Source: Phoronis australis (taxonomy: Eukaryota > Animalia > Phoronida). Taken from it: a DNA stretch of 64,000 bases. The notes beneath the pieces are model-generated. The model searched no databases. It worked only from the letters and a program-made list of their open reading frames with translations, and was not told the origin of the DNA. Positions 24,101 through 32,800 of the stretch are shown here, in pieces. The first letter of the stretch is position 1. Each line of letters starts with the position of its first letter. The position numbers and the translations under genes were made by a program. The DNA lies in assembly GCA_002633005.1 (NCBI GenBank), contig NMRA01000028.1, positions 1,015,556 to 1,079,555 of the forward strand. Direction: 5' to 3'.

Positions 24101-25981
24101 CATGCTTGGTAACAATGTTGCAAAGCACACAAAGCTCTTAAGACACAAATTGGCTGGTCCCACTTCACAATTGTTGAACAAATCTTCACCAACATAATAA
24201 TGAGCACATCGCATTCTAGAGATAAATTATAGAAATTGTCTCAGCAACTAGAAATTGTCTCACCAACTAGAAATTGTCTCACCAACTAGAAGTTGTGTGC
24301 ACATTCTCAGAGACAAAATATACCTTTGCTCGAGTGAAATTTAATTATTTTTCAGAAATATATGTGTGAAACACATCTTAAGTCTTAAGTCATTTTCACG
24401 AAACGGACCCAGCTCATAAGTCTCTCACTCTCTCATCAAGACGGACAGACATCGAAGTATGACTCATCCTAAATGTTAAGTCACGAAAAATGAGCCTGAA
24501 GAACTTGCACGTTTTTGCATAAATTAGCAGCGAGTACAAACCTCATACAATGAAACAAGATTAACTTACTCACCTTACGCTGCTCGGCAAGGCTTTTCTC
24601 TTTTTTCTTTGCACTCAAAAGTTTTTCTCGTTTCTCTGACTGTTTCCTGAAAATTGACACCATTAATCCATAGCTTTAAAAAGAACGCTAAAATACATGA
24701 ATGATATACATTAGAATATTAAACAATGTACTCTCGAACTGTACATACATGTAGCCAGTGTAAACTGCTCAAGAGAGAGATCTGCCAACCAGGCCAGTAA
24801 CACTGGTCATAGGATAAGGCTTCCACTCAAACATTATTCACTGAATGCCTACACCACAGGGGGTGAGAATGATTCCATGGTTGCACCTCAACATTTCAGT
24901 TATACTAGCAATCCCTGAACCTCAGTCGCGGACCAACTAATACCATACCTGCGACATATGCATCAAAAACAAGACAAGGTGATCACATTTAAATTTACTC
25001 CCTACAATCTTACATCATCTATACAACACAGACAACTGTTTACGTCTCCCAAGTTTTCAGTGATGTCATTAAAGAGCCGTCAACTGTCCCACAATGCATT
25101 AGAAAAACAACCACATTGCTGTTAGTGAATAATTTTTGTCGTACATGAAATCCATACCAAACTAGATCTACCATTCTTCATGTAAAGAGCTACTATTGAA
25201 GTCACCCCATGGGTTGGCAATGGGGGTTCTTGTGCGTATCTGCCGACAGAGAATAAGCTGCCATGGAATGGCCAGTGTTTCTAAAGCTACAATCCAACTT
25301 AAATCTGCACAAATTTGGTCACATATCACTTTGATGCAAATTCAATCTGCATGTTGATTGGTCACATGACATTTCAAAGACCGACTCATGAAGGTTACTG
25401 AGTCATCACGAAAGGTAGACACTGAAGCTTAAAGATGATTCGGCAATCCTGAGCGGTGTGTACAAAACCATACCGAGTTGACATAACCCAGTCCTTTAAA
25501 GAACTTTTTAATGAACAGTATTTTTTGCAGTTACTAGTATGGTATACATATGATCACTGCCGTTAACAATGGAACAGTGCACCTATGTAACCTTTGTCTT
25601 CTAGTTAGTATCACTAGCTCGGAGGTTCACTACATAACTAAATATGAAACAGTTCAACACCATTGGCTACAAATGCAGCTCTGAAACTGAATGTTTAATA
25701 TATGTCGAACTGAACTAGCGCGACTATGAAAGTTGTGAAACTTACTGACCAACTCAATAACAAAAACACAAAACTGTGGCATGCAGGAGTGAAATAGGTT
25801 AACTTTGCCTCGGCAACTTGAAATTTTCTCTCAATTTTTCTACGAAAAATGAGACTACAAACCGCTGAACATCTTCTCTAGGTTCAAACATGGAAAAGAA
25901 AGTGGAACCCAGTTCGTCTCCGTCCATGACACAGGCAGACGGATCGATTCCTGAATCTAAATCGTACAGTTTGGCTGCCAT
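1..25981 (-). CDS. MYCBP2: E3 ubiquitin-protein ligase MYCBP2/Highwire/RPM-1 (PHR family), 5' part, 34 coding exons in window, continues beyond position 1
   Basis: Spliced translation contains PHR-family motifs: FSVGHD..HA, GELYMFG, FGVNNKGQCGR (RCC1-like), CPPGMHRWK..CMICVACGECTGYG..CGCG.GDSGC, NRFESHGGGWGYSGHSVEGIRF..GGRGEY (PHR1), FHAFYPT, WNAGNGNPDA (PHR2). All 33 introns are GT-AG and phases chain without frameshift (5,138 nt summed by hand). Confidence 0.96.
509..712 (-). CDS. MYCBP2: MYCBP2 exon 33, PHR domain 2
   Basis: NRFTRTS....WNAGNG.PDA..F.VDKPGIV..G..V.GG.G..DYELE.L; tcag| and |gtgagt. Confidence 0.95.
1122..1313 (-). CDS. MYCBP2: MYCBP2 exon 32 (SFKEVLDRL...LISSTCALL..II.EL.ASA)
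   Basis: ctag| and |gtgagt. Confidence 0.9.
1722..1934 (-). CDS. MYCBP2: MYCBP2 exon 31 (LAAVMDAL..PSVKL.SILPI...YPVLVE.M)
   Basis: gtag| and |gtgagt. Confidence 0.9.
2310..2581 (-). CDS. MYCBP2: MYCBP2 exon 30 (...CFHAFYPT..LKWLCLCDL)
   Basis: tcag| and CAG|gtagag; FHAFYPT motif. Confidence 0.93.
2826..2964. repeat. 63-bp tandem duplication containing an (AACAAT)n tract
   Basis: TTATTGGACCCAACTGGGCACACTACTTGCAATAAC at 2846 and 2909. Confidence 0.9.
3027..3219 (-). CDS. MYCBP2: MYCBP2 exon 29 (ECFDSLL.LLNWAW...VYP)
   Basis: acag| and |gtaaaa; ECF.SLL..L.W.W motif. Confidence 0.92.
3781..3877 (-). CDS. MYCBP2: MYCBP2 exon 28 (LLTPESS...KDFSKDVTP)
   Basis: tcag| and |gtaagt, phase 2 to 0. 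Confidence 0.85.
4519..4737 (-). CDS. MYCBP2: MYCBP2 exon 27, PHR domain 1
   Basis: EKY.LMFDEP...VSGPSSDCG..GQ...KSNNGTD.NAGQIP.L.Y; ttag| and |gtaagt. Confidence 0.96.
5111..5202 (-). CDS. MYCBP2: MYCBP2 exon 26, PHR domain 1 (LYELGTEGGDNE...)
   Basis: Hand translation; tcag| and |gtatga. Confidence 0.92.
5580..5707 (-). CDS. MYCBP2: MYCBP2 exon 25, PHR domain 1
   Basis: SHGGGWGYSGHSVEGIRFSPDTD.LLGG.GLFGGRGEY.AKIK; tcag| and |gtatgt. Confidence 0.96.
6231..6440. repeat. Degenerate 93-99-bp tandem repeat overlapping the exon 24 donor
   Basis: ACTCTCAAAC at 6235, 6334 and 6427; shared AGATGTCTCTT..ACTA.CATG block in the two intronic units. Confidence 0.7.
6429..6787 (-). CDS. MYCBP2: MYCBP2 exon 24 (CMDPVY..LW...TRSQSAL..L..LDTL...VNRFE)
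   Basis: ORF 6409..6783; ttag| and |gtaagt. Confidence 0.93.
6900..7056 (-). mobile_element. tRNA-derived SINE fragment (Pol III head)
   Basis: Minus strand A box TGGCTTAGAGG (7052-7042) and B box GGTTCGAATCC (7009-6999) with tRNA-like spacing; no full cloverleaf; 3' boundary approximate. Confidence 0.55.
7822..7891 (-). CDS. MYCBP2: MYCBP2 exon 23 (GIVPKDHPTVKCVMVNRS...)
   Basis: Hand translation; acag| and |gtaagt; phase 1 to 2 fits neighbours. Confidence 0.8.
8188..8256. repeat. 34-bp tandem duplication
   Basis: GTTCTGATA.AATACCATAACTTAC.ACATGGTG x2. Confidence 0.85.
8574..9334. mobile_element. PIF/Harbinger (Tourist-like) MITE, complete copy
   Basis: TIR GGGCTGTTCCAGTAAAATCCGTGTGGGAGGGGGG / CCCCCCTCCCATACAGATTTTGCTGGAATAGCCC; flanked by TTA on both sides. 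Confidence 0.8.
9483..9611 (-). CDS. MYCBP2: MYCBP2 exon 22 (GPKNRRACWISASG...VFANQSCI)
   Basis: Hand translation; gcag| and |gtgagt; R.A.WI.ASG motif. Confidence 0.88.
   Translation of the reverse strand, partial: DQRTGVHVGSRPVGHVTSSECMSSSSVSPPYHNAKCLLTSPV
10262..10358 (-). CDS. MYCBP2: MYCBP2 exon 21 (KGELGR...DFIPGL)
   Basis: Hand translation; gtag| and |gtgagt; KG.LGR ends the last RCC1 repeat. Confidence 0.85.
10411..10697. repeat. Minisatellite, 26-bp unit AAGCACATTATCCAAGTCATGGGAAC, about 11 copies, runs into N gap
   Basis: Directly visible tandem array. Confidence 0.95.
10698..10972. other. Assembly gap (275 N)
   Basis: Run of N between a minisatellite and a MITE. Confidence 1.
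10973..11340. mobile_element. Second copy of the hAT-like MITE, left part lost in assembly gap
   Basis: Matches 19043-19411 with about 15 differences counted by eye. Confidence 0.8.
11429..11543 (-). CDS. MYCBP2: MYCBP2 exon 20 (GTPTRV...QVACGSYHTVL..DGRVWTFGS), RCC1 repeat
   Basis: Hand translation; ccag| and |gtaagt. Confidence 0.93.
12296..12377 (-). CDS. MYCBP2: MYCBP2 exon 19 (VLLENGHVYTFGNNNNGQLGLGD), RCC1 repeat
   Basis: Hand translation; canonical RCC1 G.VYTFG....GQLG.GD; ccag| and |gtgagc. Confidence 0.93.
13056..13175 (-). CDS. MYCBP2: MYCBP2 exon 18 (...VPPG...IQVACGLAHS), RCC1-like
   Basis: Hand translation; gcag| and |gtaagg; QV.CG..HS RCC1 motif. Confidence 0.9.
13749..13826 (-). 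CDS. MYCBP2: MYCBP2 exon 17 (PRTIDILKKGMDPHMMRKLRKFRPR)
   Basis: Hand translation; ccag| and |gtaagg; symmetric phase-1 exon in a low-conservation region. Confidence 0.7.
14045..14217 (-). CDS. MYCBP2: MYCBP2 exon 16, Cys-rich insert
   Basis: CGCG.GDSGC..CG.CR.CA; tcag| and |gtgagt. Confidence 0.92.
14516..14627 (-). CDS. MYCBP2: MYCBP2 exon 15, Cys-rich insert
   Basis: GMHRWK..CMICVACGECTGYG..CVS; gcag| and |gtaagt. Confidence 0.94.
15512..15571 (-). CDS. MYCBP2: MYCBP2 exon 14 (AIRRARAEGDEGLGMYECPP)
   Basis: Hand translation; ccag| and |gtaagt; supplies CPP of the conserved CPPGMH.WK motif. Confidence 0.85.
15936..16259 (-). CDS. MYCBP2: MYCBP2 exon 13, RCC1-like repeats
   Basis: GELYMFGRD...VALGKAHT.....GEVYAFGVNNKGQCGR; gtag| and AAG|gtaaga. 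Confidence 0.95.
16434..16654. repeat. Minisatellite, 13 x 17-bp units of two variants (GCAGGGCATGCTGTGAT / GCAGGACATGTCATGAT)
   Basis: Directly visible. Confidence 0.95.
17151..17367 (-). CDS. MYCBP2: MYCBP2 exon 12, RCC1-like domain
   Basis: GKW.EL.I.K.P...HFSVGHD..HA...FF.GTA.RGED; ccag| and |gtaagg. Confidence 0.95.
17824..17900 (-). CDS. MYCBP2: MYCBP2 exon 11 (TGFESEILEVG...RTANGK)
   Basis: Hand translation; gtag| and AAG|gtaata; TANGK precedes the RCC1-like domain. Confidence 0.85.
18308..18449 (-). CDS. MYCBP2: MYCBP2 exon 10 (DTFVAKMY...LRLSQKCL..CG.SMFDEE)
   Basis: ttag| and |gtgagt; KCL..CG.S.FD motif. Confidence 0.88.
18762..18832 (-). CDS. MYCBP2: MYCBP2 exon 9 (DTPTGPHCMFSDGTMLGQIYPAKD)
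   Basis: tcag| and |gtgagt; F.DG....QI motif. Confidence 0.85.
18904..19411. mobile_element. Non-autonomous DNA transposon (MITE), hAT-like, complete copy
   Basis: 13-bp TIR CAGGGCTTGGAAT / ATTCCAAGCCCTG; repeated subterminal GCGGAAA motifs; second copy at 10973-11340. No clear TSD, so superfamily is an inference. Confidence 0.8.
19601..19697 (-). CDS. MYCBP2: MYCBP2 exon 8 (GTLFYQNMED...FKLQ)
   Basis: Hand translation; tcag| and |gtgagt; phase 0 to 1 fits neighbours. Confidence 0.8.
20664..20836 (-). CDS. MYCBP2: MYCBP2 exon 7 (SDGKYLY...GLFKLGSGFDG.I.GHIY...WLCYAQ)
   Basis: acag| and CAG|gtttgt; conserved motif. Confidence 0.92.
21208..21346 (-). CDS. MYCBP2: MYCBP2 exon 6 (MPEIMSCLQKSIQAVLLGRTQIPAWFSRGIK...)
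   Basis: Not in ORF track; translated by hand; ctag| and |gtatgg; LQ.S.QAVL.G..QI..WFS.GIK motif. Confidence 0.9.
22166..22300. repeat. 45-bp tandem repeat, 3 copies, starting at the exon 5 donor
   Basis: TGTGAACAAAATGTGAAACAGTGAGACACC.AATGCCCTATTAC repeated. Confidence 0.9.
22301..22491 (-). CDS. MYCBP2: MYCBP2 exon 5 (ETLYNLLMEL...LACSCLLSLVVA.GDT...QIQ)
   Basis: tcag| and CAG|gtaata; conserved LTSLAC.CL.SLV motif. Confidence 0.92.
23101..23254 (-). CDS. MYCBP2: MYCBP2 exon 4 (VVGMGLSSVFELIKETR...EPTDVI)
   Basis: aaag| and |gtgagt; conserved GL..VFELIKETR..P.LC.R.LQAL...LQGQ.PEG. Confidence 0.92.
23629..23877 (-). CDS. MYCBP2: MYCBP2 exon 3 (RDSGVV...NPSAFNVFANIRTCVLE...KIPR)
   Basis: gcag| and |gtatgt; NPSAF.V...R..VLE motif of the PHR-protein N-terminus. 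Confidence 0.9.
24230..24291. repeat. 19-bp tandem repeat TAGAAATTGTCTCACCAAC, 3 copies
   Basis: Directly visible. Confidence 0.85.
24574..24646 (-). CDS. MYCBP2: MYCBP2 exon 2 (KQSEKREK...QRK, Lys-rich)
   Basis: ttttcag| acceptor, AAG|gtgagt donor, phase-compatible with both neighbours. Confidence 0.75.
25863..25981 (-). CDS. MYCBP2: MYCBP2 coding exon 1 (MAAKLYD...EDVQR)
   Basis: ATG in context gtcATGG; donor CG|gtttgt; phase 2 joins exon 2 in frame. N-terminus is poorly conserved, so lower confidence. Confidence 0.7.
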
Positions 25982-26969
25982 GACTGATATGTTAGAAATT
26001 CTGTAGTCATCTCATTCTTCCGAAAGTGCAGAACCGGTTTAGGATAGATCCTACCGGATAATACAATGGAAAATTTCGGAGTAACGCGTCCTGGGTTTTT
26101 CCAAAAGTACTCAAAACAGACTCGGTCAAGCACATGTCTTTAGTAAATGTTTATCAAAACATTTTTCAAAATACCACACAAACTACACAGGTTTACATCA
26201 TATCAGCAACAATGATAAAAATTAAATGAAAATTTGTATATATAATGCTGTTTTCAATAAAAAAAATTATCATTTCAGCTGACATTATTTATTTTCAAAA
26301 AGACGAATTTTTCATGACGAGTTGCCTGTTTCCGTTGCACGGGAGATAACTCATAAATCTTTCTCAAAAGAATTTCTCAGCTCATGATGAGTGTACCAGC
26401 TGATTATCGGACTTCAGAGCCCTGGAAGACAAAAAGGTGCACTAACCACGTGACAAACTTCCACATTCTTAAAAAATTCGGTTTAATCGCTAATACTAAA
26501 TGAAAAGGAATCTTGGTCAGCTCTGTATTTAGCATAGTCCTAGGTATTTAGGTAAATACTCTATAAAACTATAAATTTTAACATAGTAAAGGTATATATT
26601 TTTTGGCAATGCGTTGCCTGTAAAATTATAATTTTGCTTTTTTAATAGTTTAACTTTAATAGGGACACGTGACCATGTCTTTTTGGTAAAATTAATAATA
26701 CGAGACAGTTTGGTGCGCTTATATAGTACCATGAATCAGTTCCTAGGATTGCACAACAACCGGCGGACTCATTACATGACCAAATTTCATTTGATATAAA
26801 TGTTCAAGATAAAATGTTAAAAAGGGTGCTACAGTTCACTTTGATTTTAATTGTTTTAGGAAACGATCTTGACCAAATCATGTAAAGAAATTTAAAATTC
26901 ACCGCAACTGCGTAGGATTCAACGTTTCGCGGCTTTAATCACTTAACTTATTAGCAAGACAATAAACAA

Positions 26970-27088
26970 TGTACACTCAACAAATCCAACACTGTACACT
27001 CAACAGTATCCAACACTGTACACTCAACAGTATCCAACACTGTACACTCAACAGTATCCAACACTGTACACTCAACAGTATCCAACAC
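26970..27088. repeat. Minisatellite, 24-bp unit TGTACACTCAACAGTATCCAACAC, 5 copies
   Basis: Directly visible, about 1 kb upstream of the MYCBP2 ATG. Confidence 0.95.
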
Positions 27089-28587
27089 TATTAATCAACT
27101 GAACAAACAACGAGTATATTCAAACACTGAGCAAACTACCATAGATTTTAGTTTTATAAAAAAATTGGCTTTTTTTAATGAAATCCTTTTTAAAAGTCCT
27201 ATTTCTACAGCCTCTTATGCATACGTGTAATGAAGAACATTCCATAAAGCATAGTATTTGAAACTGTCATATGAATCCGATCAGCGATTTCTGATGTATG
27301 ATGTTCGAAACTGAGCCAAATTTGGAATTTTTACAGTGTTTTTGCTTTCTCCTTCCATTTTTGCTCAACAAAATTCTAAGGCGATAATTGAGTTTATAGC
27401 TTGTACCGATCGAGCACGCTTTTTATTTCACATGTTGACGTTGACAGCGAGTCGACGCCAGAATTAGCCAGAATATCGATTTTCTGGGGAAATTCTCACG
27501 TGGTGGAAAATCCCGGACAACGAGACCATGCAATACAATCAAGTGAGGCTACTTCCGGGGCTAAGACAACTAGCTGAATGCGTGTAGCTAAACGTGAATT
27601 GTATATTTGTATTTACGCAGCATTGTAAAAAGACCAAGGGGATATGCCGTTTCACGGCGTACTTGTCAAGTTTTATTCACGTATCATTTATTTAGTTGCG
27701 ATTTTCTTGTAAGATTTAAGGTTAGATGAATTTTTTAGTTCAAATAAACTTCACTCAAAAATTATAAGTAATGGCGCAAGCTAAAAAGGTTGCTAAGCTA
27801 CGGCTTTAACAGGTTCCTGTAGGTATGTGATAGCCAATCAGACGCTGCTTCCAATTTTAACAACAAACGAATATAATCCTTATCGTGCACGGCTTGTAAC
27901 GACAACTCACGCACCCTGAAGCACGCTCATTCCGACTGCGAAGTTCGTCCATTTCCATGTGACGTAATCGTGATATACATTATAACGTCGTACGGAAAAT
28001 TACGAATATTTTATCAAATGACTGTGCTCTAAAGCCCGAGTCCGCCTCAGTGTGTTAAGTGCTGGACTCAAAGGGGACAAGGGAAGCAAATGAAAAAGGT
28101 CGTTACCCTCCTAGAGGGGTATCTCTCATAATAAAAAGGAAAAATTACTATTGGTTCTGGCATCGGGGAGCCCTTAAAGATGAGAAGAAAAACCATAGAA
28201 AATATCAAAAGGGCGTCAGTTGATTTTACCTCCCCCAGAGAGAAATCTATGAAGGAATTTATTCCGTTATGTTTATAACTAGTCTTGTAAGAAATTGGTG
28301 ATGGGTCACTGAATTTAGATGCAGGCCGAAATTCGGACAGTCTCACATCATTCAACCCTAAACAACATGTGTATTAGATTATTTTTGCCAATGTAACTTA
28401 AATAACTCTCTAATAAATTTATTTGTCGTTCAATTTGACTGAATATCTGCTCAGTTCTACCTCATTTGCCCTCCGAGAGGAAGGGAGGCGGGGGACTGCC
28501 ACAAAAAAATTTGGGTATCCTTCTTTCAACAGAGGATTTTGTCACTAAGGTGCAACACCCTATATGCGTAGGGCACGTAACGTGTTC

Positions 28588-28990
28588 AGGGTCCGGGGTC
28601 TAGTATTTCTAATTGGAATCGAATTTGAAAATACTGTGGCATTTTCTGTTCTACTTTTGTACAAACGCAAGACAAGAGTTTATTATTCTGTACTCGAGTA
28701 CGTCATGGTTTAGACAAATTAACGAATTTCAAGTCCAAGTTCATATTCGATGGCCTAAAGATTTGAACTGAAAATACTCGAAATTTCGAATTCAGACTCG
28801 AACTCTTAGTTTCGATTATGGAGTTATTAAGCGAAAAGTAGAATTAAACATTTATCCTCCAAAGCCATAATTATGCACTCGAGTATAGAGCAATAGCCAC
28901 TTATCTTAGTTTGCACTAAAAGTAGAATAGAAAACGCCAAAAATCATTTCCACTTCGAACTCGAGTAAAAGAAATTAAACCTGGGTCTAG
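28588..28990. mobile_element. Foldback / long inverted-repeat MITE, degraded
   Basis: Left arm GGCATTTTCTGTTCTACTTTT..TACTCGAGT is the imperfect reverse complement of right arm ACTCGAGTA..AAAAGTAGAATAGAAAACGCC. Confidence 0.65.
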
Positions 28991-29615
28991 GTCTGAAAGC
29001 GATCTTTCTCGTGAAATTCTGTTCAAATACGGGTACTCAGGTTTATGATAGCCAGGCACCATTCGCGCACGAAACACAGTTCGCAAGCAAATGGAGTGTA
29101 GAGGTGAAACTGACCACGACCACTGGGTGCCTCGGACAGAAGTCGAGTGTTGATAGGGGGAATCTGAAATTTGGGTCCCCTACGGCAAAATTTTAAAGAA
29201 AGTCGAACTAGTTTTTGCACCCCCTATAATATTTATTTTCTAAAGACCTGATCACCGTTTATTTTTTTATTAACTTTGTTATTATTCTGGACTTAATTAG
29301 TTATTCTGAGTATTCTAATATGAAAACAATTGTACAGTCTGTTGTGTAAGTTGTATGACCAATGCTGTGCATTTGCTACTACAAACTAACACCAGCACAG
29401 TATTCACGGAGAGCTTAGGTGTTGTCACCTTGCGATAATGGAACCAACCATGTGCTCTTGTTGGGGACCCCAGTCATCGTTGCTAGTTGCTAAGATATTC
29501 GATCTCACAAGAGATGAGTGTCTTCCAGTATCCGGTACTAGTCTATATGTTGGCAGTAACTCATGCTACCAGCAAAGCGCCAACAAAAAGTGACACTTGT
29601 AATCGCTCACAAGAG

Positions 29616-29883
29616 CATGCGCGCACCCAGCCTTTAGGTTGGGGGCTCGAATTTCTCACCAAGTGGACCTTTTGCTAACAAAATCAAGATGAGGGACCTG
29701 GAGGACTAAAAGAACAAAAAAACGAGGTACCACCTTCAGAACTGTGAACTGCGCGTCTGTGCCTTTTTAGTGGAATTTCGTCTCGTTTTCTCGGACTTTT
29801 TGTTTCTCTTAGGCGGACCTTTTTGCCCACTTCGCCAAATGGGGGCTCGTTCGAGCCCCCGAGCCCCCCTTGGTGCGCGCATG
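29616..29883. mobile_element. Small MITE with CATGCGCGCACC termini
   Basis: 12-bp perfect TIR at 29616-29627 and 29872-29883; subterminal GGGGGCTCG/CGAGCCCCC; related element at 48649-48805. Confidence 0.65.
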
Positions 29884-32800
29884 ATGAGTGGCGTCTTCGC
29901 TACCTAACAATAGTGCTAATTAACGTAAACGTTTGCGTTTAGTCAATTTCTCAATGGGATACTGTGTTCCGCGTGTAGGCGCACATATCTTATTCTGGAT
30001 ATTGGTACAGATTCGCATAAAGAGGCACATGGGCCTAAATACGCACATACACGGCACATATTTGTGTTACTCCATACGTCTCATATTCAAACTTCACAAT
30101 CATGCATTTATCAACAACGACTTGTTTCAACTATCCCATTTCATCAAACCCGCATTTTTAATGTTAATGAAACTGGAACTCAGATCAAATTTTATTGATA
30201 ACTCAGTATATTTTTGCATAATTAAACCATAGACTATAATAGAGTATAGTGTCCATGGTTGAACAAATCTGCATTTTTCAGTTAATGAAACTGGGACTAA
30301 GATCAAATTTTATTGATCATTCGGTATAAGATGTAAAGTTGAACAAACGGGAATTGTTACCCAGGCCATGTATCAACTTTTGAACTGCTCCGCATTGTTA
30401 GCATGGCAGGGTACATATAGGATGTAGCCTTATAGCGAATTTAATATCAAATGGCAATCTTACGCTTTTTGGCTAATAACCACTTACTGAATGAGTACAG
30501 CTTGATAATGAGACATAAATTTGGCACGGAGTCGTTTATTTGCCAGCGTGCATGAAACAGTAGTGCGGAACATTCCAAGGATACCCAGTTTTTAAGTCAA
30601 TTTATTTAAAATAGACACCTTCCTAAATGTAAAACACTGGAACTCCAGGGGGGCTCTAGTGGAAATTTATGCACACAGATAAAGCAATAAACTAAGGCTG
30701 TACTAAAAATGTTTATTACTACAAGTACACAAAGAAAGAAATATAAAAAATACAACTTTAGGCTACTACAATTACATAGAAAAAATAAAGTAATAAAGCT
30801 TTTCAGAAGTAAATATATAAGACAAGTTATGGGTAGTCAACTTAGATAACGGGCGATGCGTACATGCGCCATTTTCGGATTCCTAATTTTAAGATTGACA
30901 AACCGAATAAATTCTGAAGCGTTTTCTTGGGTAGGTGATGGTTTCGATGTCCTTTTTGGTAACCAAAAATCAAGTCCTATCACAGTAAGTAATATTATGG
31001 GAGCCATTTTATGACCTTCAAGTTACACTCGACTTTAGCGAAGAAGGCGGTTAAAATTCAAATTGAACCTAATTTTTTAATGAATCATTACTTTTGACCC
31101 AAGTACAAGAAACCAATGAGCTATATATAATTATGTTTTAATCGTCTCCTTGCAAAAAACCATCAAATCGGGTTTCCTAAGTTCCATTCTTTGACAGTAA
31201 TCAGGGAACATATTTTCCGCGATTGCTGTTGAAATACAAGGACGGACGGCTTTGAGGATTTTTGAACCTGGGTCAAAGATCATAATTCGTTTCAATGTAA
31301 AAAAATACAAACAACTCGGTTTGATTTCAGTGTAAGACGCCTTATTCGACAAACTCAGGTACAGCAAATTTAGTGTCCGGGCTTAATTCATTTTTGTCTT
31401 TTTGACGATTAAATGCTGAAGAAATGCAGATTTATATGAAACAAACCTGCAGAATATTTACAAAACCCTTCTGAAGTGGAATGTTCAAGTATAGAATTTC
31501 GAGTTTACTTCAATCTTTTTCATATTCGTATCGAAAAAGTAATTCTTATTTTACTCTTGATTAAAAACGTAACATCGACCCTTTCCCTGTCCCCTTCCAT
31601 TCATCCAGTCAATTCAAACAGTCTCAGGTAGTTTTGATACTGCCAGATAAGATCATTTTATTAGCTCACAATATTCAATTCAAAATAAATCAAATTGTGG
31701 TTCTTCACTAACCGTTTGTATGTTAAAGTATGAATTCACTTAAAGTTGCGTACTATTCATTGGAATTAACTCATTTTGGAAACACTGGTGTGACTCATGA
31801 ACTGCGTGAGCCAACACAGATGGCAATCATTTCAATGCATGTAGCTTGCGCCATCTATTGTCGTGTGATTTCAAATCGTGATTCATGAGAACTTTTCCGT
31901 GCTCAGTTCCAAAGATCTCGTCTCATCGCTTCTCAAGCCATCAGTGCTTCTGCGTGGCATTTTCGACTTCATCAGTCTCCGCTGCTTTCAGCAGACTTTT
32001 TGACAGCTCAACATTTGGGTTTTTAAAATGAACTGGGCTTATTATCAACTGCGTTCTGTAGCAAGAAATCGCTGCCCAAAAGTTTAAATAAATATTTACT
32101 TAACTATGTTTGCACATTCACAGGTGCTATGTCATTATTTTGAAATTAAAAAAAAAATCCTGATAAAACCTCGCGGATCTTGATAATTTTACTCTTCACA
32201 AATTTAGCTTCAGTAGGCACAAAGATTCGTTACATTTGTAAACTTTTGACAGAGCTTTTAAATTGAAATAAAAATATATTTTTATGTCTCCTACAGTAGA
32301 ACTGATGCGTTTGCCTTAATCATCTTGTACATTGCAACAGATAGAGAAAGTGGTGAGAAATGTTGTCTAACCAAATTCACGCCTCACGTGTAAGAGGTTC
32401 AGCTTTCCAAACTGAATGTTCAGTATACATACCAAACTTTACTTTATCGTGTTTACGAAAGAAAGAGACTCGTGGCAAGTTTCTTTAAATTTCTGAGTGT
32501 CGTCGCCGGGTATGTTGCCCTAAAACCTCGAACTTTACTATTTTCTACTCTACACGGAGTCCTACTGTCAGTCGTAACTTCAGGTGGCGAAAGTCTCCGG
32601 TTAGACTACAAGTATCAAACATCGTGGAGTTATGATATTTTAGTAAAAAATGCACCATGATTTCACTATTGACTACCCCGTGGAGACTTTAGCTTTAACT
32701 ATATTATTTATTTCTCGAACTTTGTTAATCCCGGAGGGGGACTTTCAACACTGGAAGTTTCATCCGGCTACTACCCAGCGACTTCGTTTGTATCAGAAAG

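Noticed and set aside
26970-27088. 24-bp repeat array as CRISPR
   Set aside because: No spacers and no cas genes
30820-31380. Possible non-autonomous DNA transposon bodies (also about 27130-27790 and 49050-49950)
   Set aside because: Composition looks repeat-like, but I could not identify TIRs, TSDs or second copies in the window
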